DNA from: Polyangiales bacterium
GTDB lineage: Bacteria > Myxococcota_A > Polyangia > Polyangiales > Ga0077539
Assembly: GCA_044229975.1 (NCBI GenBank)
Contig: JBGARZ010000011.1
Coordinates: 96,001-160,000 of the forward strand
Direction of reading: 5' to 3'
Length of the DNA stretch: 64,000 nucleotides
Positions 59,942 through 64,000 of the stretch are shown one piece after another; position 1 is the stretch's first letter; the number at the start of each line of letters is the position of its first letter. The notes below the pieces were generated by a model. It saw nothing but the letters and a program-made list of their open reading frames with translations. It had not been told where the DNA came from and did no database searches. Both the position numbers and the translations under genes were made by a program.

Positions 59942-62899
59942 ATGAGACCTTCCATCAGCGCGCTGCTGTGCGCACTCACGCTCGCCGCCTGCGCGCCCAA
60001 CGCTCCCGTCTTCCCCGGCGACGCGGCCCCTGTCCTCGACGTCCCTGCCCTCGACGTCCCTGCCCTCGACGTCCCTGCCCTCGATGTTCCCGGCACCGAC
60101 GCACTGACCGCCGACAGGCCCGATGCGCTGCCCGCCGTCGACGTCGCCCCGGTCGCAGACGCGGACGTGGTGCCCGTCGTCGACGCGCCGCCGGTCCGGT
60201 GCACGGACAACGCCGACTGTCGCGGTCAGGTGTGCGAGCGCCTGTCGGGGCGCTGCATCGAGTGCCTCGGCCAGGGCGACTGCACCATGGGGCGCGTGTG
60301 CAGCCTCAACCGCTGCGTCGCACCCGTGATGTGCACCTCGTCGCGGATGTGCCCCGGCCAGGTCTGCGACCTCCTGCGTGGCCTCTGCGCCGACTGCAAC
60401 GCGGACGTCGACTGTAGTGGCGGCCAGATCTGCCGTAGCAACGTCTGCGTCCTGCCGCCGCGCGCCTGCCGATCGTCGCGGGAGTGCAGCGACATCGGGC
60501 TCGTGTGCAGCACCGCGCTCGGCCAGTGCGTCGAGTGCGCGGGCGACAACGACTGCGCCATGGGGCAGTTCTGCGGGACGGACACGGCGTGCCACGCGCA
60601 GGTGTGCGTCCCCAACGCGACCACCTGCATCAACGCGCGGCAGTCCAGGGTCTGCGACGCGCGCGGCTCGGCCCTCAACGACGTGGCGTGCCCGTCGGGC
60701 CAGTACTGCCGCGAGAGCCGCTGCCAGGCGCCCAACTGCGCGCCCGGTTCGGCGAGCTGCTCCGCGTCGGGCGTCCGGCAGGTGTGCAGCGACGACGGGG
60801 CTGCCCCCATCCCGATGCCCTGCGGCGCCGACGAGAGCTGCCTCGGCGGCGTGTGCATGACGCGGGTGTGTGTTCCGGGCGCGCCCTCGTGCACGACCGC
60901 CACCACGAGCCGCCGCGTGTGCCGCGCCGACGGCCTCGGCTACGACACCCTCCCCTGCGCCTCTCGCGAGAGCTGCCAGGGCGGCGCGTGCACCGCGTGG
61001 TCGTGCACGCCGGGTGAGAGCGTCTGCGCGAGCTCGACCGCGCGGTCGGTGTGCAACGGCGATGGGCTCGGGCAGACGACGATCGCCTGCACCTCCACGC
61101 AGCGATGCAACGGCGGCGTGTGCCAGGAGCAGATCTGCGCGCCGGGGACGGCGTCGTGCGTCGACGGCCGCACCGTGCGCGCGTGCAGCGACGACGGCCT
61201 GCGGTATGGGACCAGCACCTGCCCCTCGATGTCGACCTGCGCGAGCGGCGCGTGCTCGTCGTGGGTGTGCACGCCGGGCACCGCGACCTGCGCGGGGAGC
61301 ACCGCGCGCAACGTCTGCAACGCCGACGGGCTCGGCCAGACCAGCGCGCCGTGTCCGCTGGCGCCCAACGCCTCGGCGACGACGTGCACGGGCGGGGCGT
61401 GCGGGTTCGTGTGTCAGGCGACCTTCGGCGACTGCAACGCCAACGCGTCGGACGGCTGCGAGACGGCGCTCAACAACGCCTCGCGGCACTGCGGGGCGTG
61501 CGGCAACGCGTGCGCCTCGGCGCAGGTGTGCCGGAGCGGCGCGTGCGTGCTCGACTGCCCGAGCGGGCGCACCGCGTGCGGGACGGTGTGCGTCGACCTC
61601 CAGGGCGACGCGGCCAACTGCGGCGCGTGCGGCGTGGCGTGCGCGACGGGCCAGGTGTGCGCGGGGGGGAGCTGCCGGGTGGGCTGCTCGGACGGTCGCC
61701 CGGTGTGCGGGAGCGCGTGCTGCGCGACGGGGCTGTCGTGCGCGGCGGGGGTGTGCGCGCCCTTTCCGTCGACGGGCGCGGACGGGGCCTTCGCGCCGAC
61801 GTCGAGCCAGTCGCTGCCCGCGCGTATCTACAACTTCACGACCATCACCATCCCCGCAGGCGTGATCATCACGACGAGCGGCAACGCCACGCTCGACCTC
61901 CGCGCGACGGGCGACGTCCTCGTCGCGGGCACCGTCGACGTGAGCGGATCGCGCGGCGGCAACGGGACGACCTACACCGGCTGCGACGCGGGCACCCGGG
62001 GCGGCGGCGGCGCGACGGGCACACCGAGCTCACCGGGCCGCGACGGGCAGACCACCTGCGCGAGCGCGGCGACGGGCGGCTCCGGCGCGGCGGGCGGGTC
62101 GTCGAGCACGTCGCGGTACTGCATCAACGTGGGCGGCTCCTTCGGCGGCGGCTCGGGTGGCGGCATCTGCGAGGGCGGCGGTGGTGGCGGCGGCTACGCG
62201 GGCGGCGGCGGCGGCGGTGGCTACACGGCCTACTCCGGAGGCAGAGGCGCCTCGTCGGGCGGCTCGATGGGCGGCGCGGCGGGGGCCGGTGCCACCAGCG
62301 GCGGAGGCTTGGGCGGCGGCGGCGGCAACGCGGCGGGCGGGTACTCGGGCGGCGTCGGCAGCCGGTCGTCGACCTGCGACACCTACGCGGGTGGCGGCGG
62401 CGGCGGCGGCTCCATCGGCAACGTGGCGGCGGGTGACCTGGCGATGGCGACGACGTTCTATCCGGGCTCGGGGGGTGGTGGAGGCGGGGCTTCGTGTACG
62501 TGCAACCGACCCGGCGGCGGCGGTGGTGGTGGAGGCGGCGGCGCGCTTCGCATCGCGACGGTCGCGACGCTCACGGTATCCGGGAGCCTCCTGGCCAACG
62601 GCGGCGTGGGCGGCAACTCGGCCCAGGGGTCGGGCGGCGGCGGCGGCGGGTCGGGCGGCGCGATCTTCCTCTCGGCTCCCACGCTCACCGTCTCCGGAAC
62701 GCTGTCCGCGGTGGGCGGCGCGGGCGGCACCACGGGCACCTGCACCAACTTCGGCGGCGCGGGCGGCACCGGGCGCATCCGCGTCAGCGCGGCGACGGCG
62801 ACGTGCATGCTGGGCGGGACGTTCAACCCGCCGCTGGTGAGCGGCTGCGCGGCCGCGAGCACCAGCGGCCGCACCTACGTCGCGGCGTATCCCGACTGA
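59942..62899 (+). CDS. Large Cys-rich repeat lipoprotein with Gly-rich C-terminal domain
   Basis: Lipobox LAAC, LDVPA linker, CxPG...VCxxDG repeats, TGADGAF and GGGSGGAIFL motifs. Confidence 0.85.
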   Translation: MRPSISALLCALTLAACAPNAPVFPGDAAPVLDVPALDVPALDVPALDVPGTDALTADRPDALPAVDVAPVADADVVPVVDAPPVRCTDNADCRGQVCERLSGRCIECLGQGDCTMGRVCSLNRCVAPVMCTSSRMCPGQVCDLLRGLCADCNADVDCSGGQICRSNVCVLPPRACRSSRECSDIGLVCSTALGQCVECAGDNDCAMGQFCGTDTACHAQVCVPNATTCINARQSRVCDARGSALNDVACPSGQYCRESRCQAPNCAPGSASCSASGVRQVCSDDGAAPIPMPCGADESCLGGVCMTRVCVPGAPSCTTATTSRRVCRADGLGYDTLPCASRESCQGGACTAWSCTPGESVCASSTARSVCNGDGLGQTTIACTSTQRCNGGVCQEQICAPGTASCVDGRTVRACSDDGLRYGTSTCPSMSTCASGACSSWVCTPGTATCAGSTARNVCNADGLGQTSAPCPLAPNASATTCTGGACGFVCQATFGDCNANASDGCETALNNASRHCGACGNACASAQVCRSGACVLDCPSGRTACGTVCVDLQGDAANCGACGVACATGQVCAGGSCRVGCSDGRPVCGSACCATGLSCAAGVCAPFPSTGADGAFAPTSSQSLPARIYNFTTITIPAGVIITTSGNATLDLRATGDVLVAGTVDVSGSRGGNGTTYTGCDAGTRGGGGATGTPSSPGRDGQTTCASAATGGSGAAGGSSSTSRYCINVGGSFGGGSGGGICEGGGGGGGYAGGGGGGGYTAYSGGRGASSGGSMGGAAGAGATSGGGLGGGGGNAAGGYSGGVGSRSSTCDTYAGGGGGGGSIGNVAAGDLAMATTFYPGSGGGGGGASCTCNRPGGGGGGGGGGALRIATVATLTVSGSLLANGGVGGNSAQGSGGGGGGSGGAIFLSAPTLTVSGTLSAVGGAGGTTGTCTNFGGAGGTGRIRVSAATATCMLGGTFNPPLVSGCAAASTSGRTYVAAYPD
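60034..60090 (+). repeat. 15-bp coding tandem repeat (LDVPA x ~4)
   Basis: cctcgacgtccctgc repeated. Confidence 0.88.
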
Positions 62900-62913
62900 G
62901 CGGTGTCCCGCTC

Positions 62914-64000
62914 CTAAGGTGATCCTTCGTGGCCGGAGGACACCCGATGGAACTTCAACGTGGCGATCGACGCGACGAAGTCGGGCAGCCGACCCGACGC
63001 CGAGTCGGTGAGCTTGCGCGTGAGGTACCACGGGCGACTGGCCGTCGCGCTCAGCGGGAAGAGGAGCAGCAACGCGAAGCTCACCAGGGCCAGCAGCCCG
63101 GCGCGCCCGTCGGTGAGCTGCGCCCCGTCGCCCACCTGCACGACGTCGTCGGAGAGCGACGAGACGGTGTACCGCACCTGCGGGCACTGGCCGCTCCGCA
63201 CACAGCCCCAGAGCGCCTCGCTGCACTCGTCGGTGAGCACCTGGCGACGGCCGTCGACCACACGCTCGCTGCGCAGCCCGTAGTGCTGCGCGTAGTAGCC
63301 GGGTCGGTTCTTGGGCTTGCGGTAGACCTGCCAGTGGCGCGTGGCGACGGGCGTGGCGAGCGCCGCCTCGCCCGTCAGCTCCAGCAGGGCGACGCTCGGA
63401 AACACCGTCGCCGCCAGGACGACCGCGAGCGCGAGGGCGCCGACGAGCCACGCGCGGTAGACGCCAGCGCGCCCATCGGAGACGTCTCCGGGTCGCTCGG
63501 TGGAGACCACCATCCGCTCGCCGCGCGGGGGCCGCAGCACGGGCTCGACCGCCGCCGCGCGGTAGGCCGACCCCATGGCGGGCACGACCCCGAAGAGGAC
63601 GCCGGAGACGTGGGCGGTCTCACCGGGTTCGAGCTCGGCGTAGCGGATGCGCTCGGTGTGGGACGTGCGCTCGATGCGGGAGAGATCGTCGCGCAGCGCC
63701 ACGCGGTCGCCGGGTTCGACGCGCACGCGCGACCCGTCGGCGAGGCGCAGCCAGAAGGTGCGGGCTTGGAGGGCCCGGGACTCTTCGGTCCAGGTGTGAC
63801 GCCTGCCGTGCTTGCTCTTCCACTCGTGGCCGCGCTGGTAGATCGCCAGCGCGATGGCCGCGCCCTTCGCCCCGTCCTCGAGCTCGACCTGACCCATCAC
63901 GATGCGGTGACCGTTGGCGAGCGGCGCCTTCGGGTCGAAGTCGCGCTCGGCCGCCGCGCGCTTGCGGTGGTGCAGCCACCAGAACAGCGACCACCCCGCC
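62914..64000 (-). CDS. Hypothetical membrane protein (5'-partial)
   Basis: Open frame running off the window end, with TM helices. Confidence 0.7.
   Translation of the reverse strand, partial: AGWSLFWWLHHRKRAAAERDFDPKAPLANGHRIVMGQVELEDGAKGAAIALAIYQRGHEWKSKHGRRHTWTEESRALQARTFWLRLADGSRVRVEPGDRVALRDDLSRIERTSHTERIRYAELEPGETAHVSGVLFGVVPAMGSAYRAAAVEPVLRPPRGERMVVSTERPGDVSDGRAGVYRAWLVGALALAVVLAATVFPSVALLELTGEAALATPVATRHWQVYRKPKNRPGYYAQHYGLRSERVVDGRRQVLTDECSEALWGCVRSGQCPQVRYTVSSLSDDVVQVGDGAQLTDGRAGLLALVSFALLLLFPLSATASRPWYLTRKLTDSASGRLPDFVASIATLKFHRVSSGHEGSP

Noticed and set aside
59942..62899. Neighbouring Cys/Gly-rich protein as the cross-linking substrate of the lysyl oxidase
   Set aside because: It contains no lysine

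Overview
64 kb of very GC-rich bacterial DNA. The many Cys-rich repeat lipoproteins, CglB-like vWA lipoprotein, Uma2 nucleases and TatT/DctP pair suggest Myxococcota (Polyangia-like); this is inference. The window mixes housekeeping and metabolic genes (tsaD, rlmM-like, POT transporter, desaturase, GST, AKR, 3-hydroxybutyrate dehydrogenase, acyl-CoA oxidase, class II UvrA) with five large Cys-rich surface lipoproteins and a lysyl-oxidase lipoprotein. Defence-type genes include a VapBC pair, a coupled antitoxin-like/HNH pair, two ABC-ATPase + HNH (Septu/PtuAB-like) pairs and a BrxE remnant. There are also two long REPIN-like hairpins and several decayed genes. The two most unusual signals are (i) near-complete absence of lysine from the exported proteins alongside a surface lysyl oxidase that keeps essentially only its cofactor Lys, and (ii) a stand-alone, catalytically gutted RNA polymerase beta-prime (RpoC)-derived gene. 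No rRNA, tRNA, CRISPR array, transposase or integrase was recognised. All family calls come from motif recognition by eye, not database searches.
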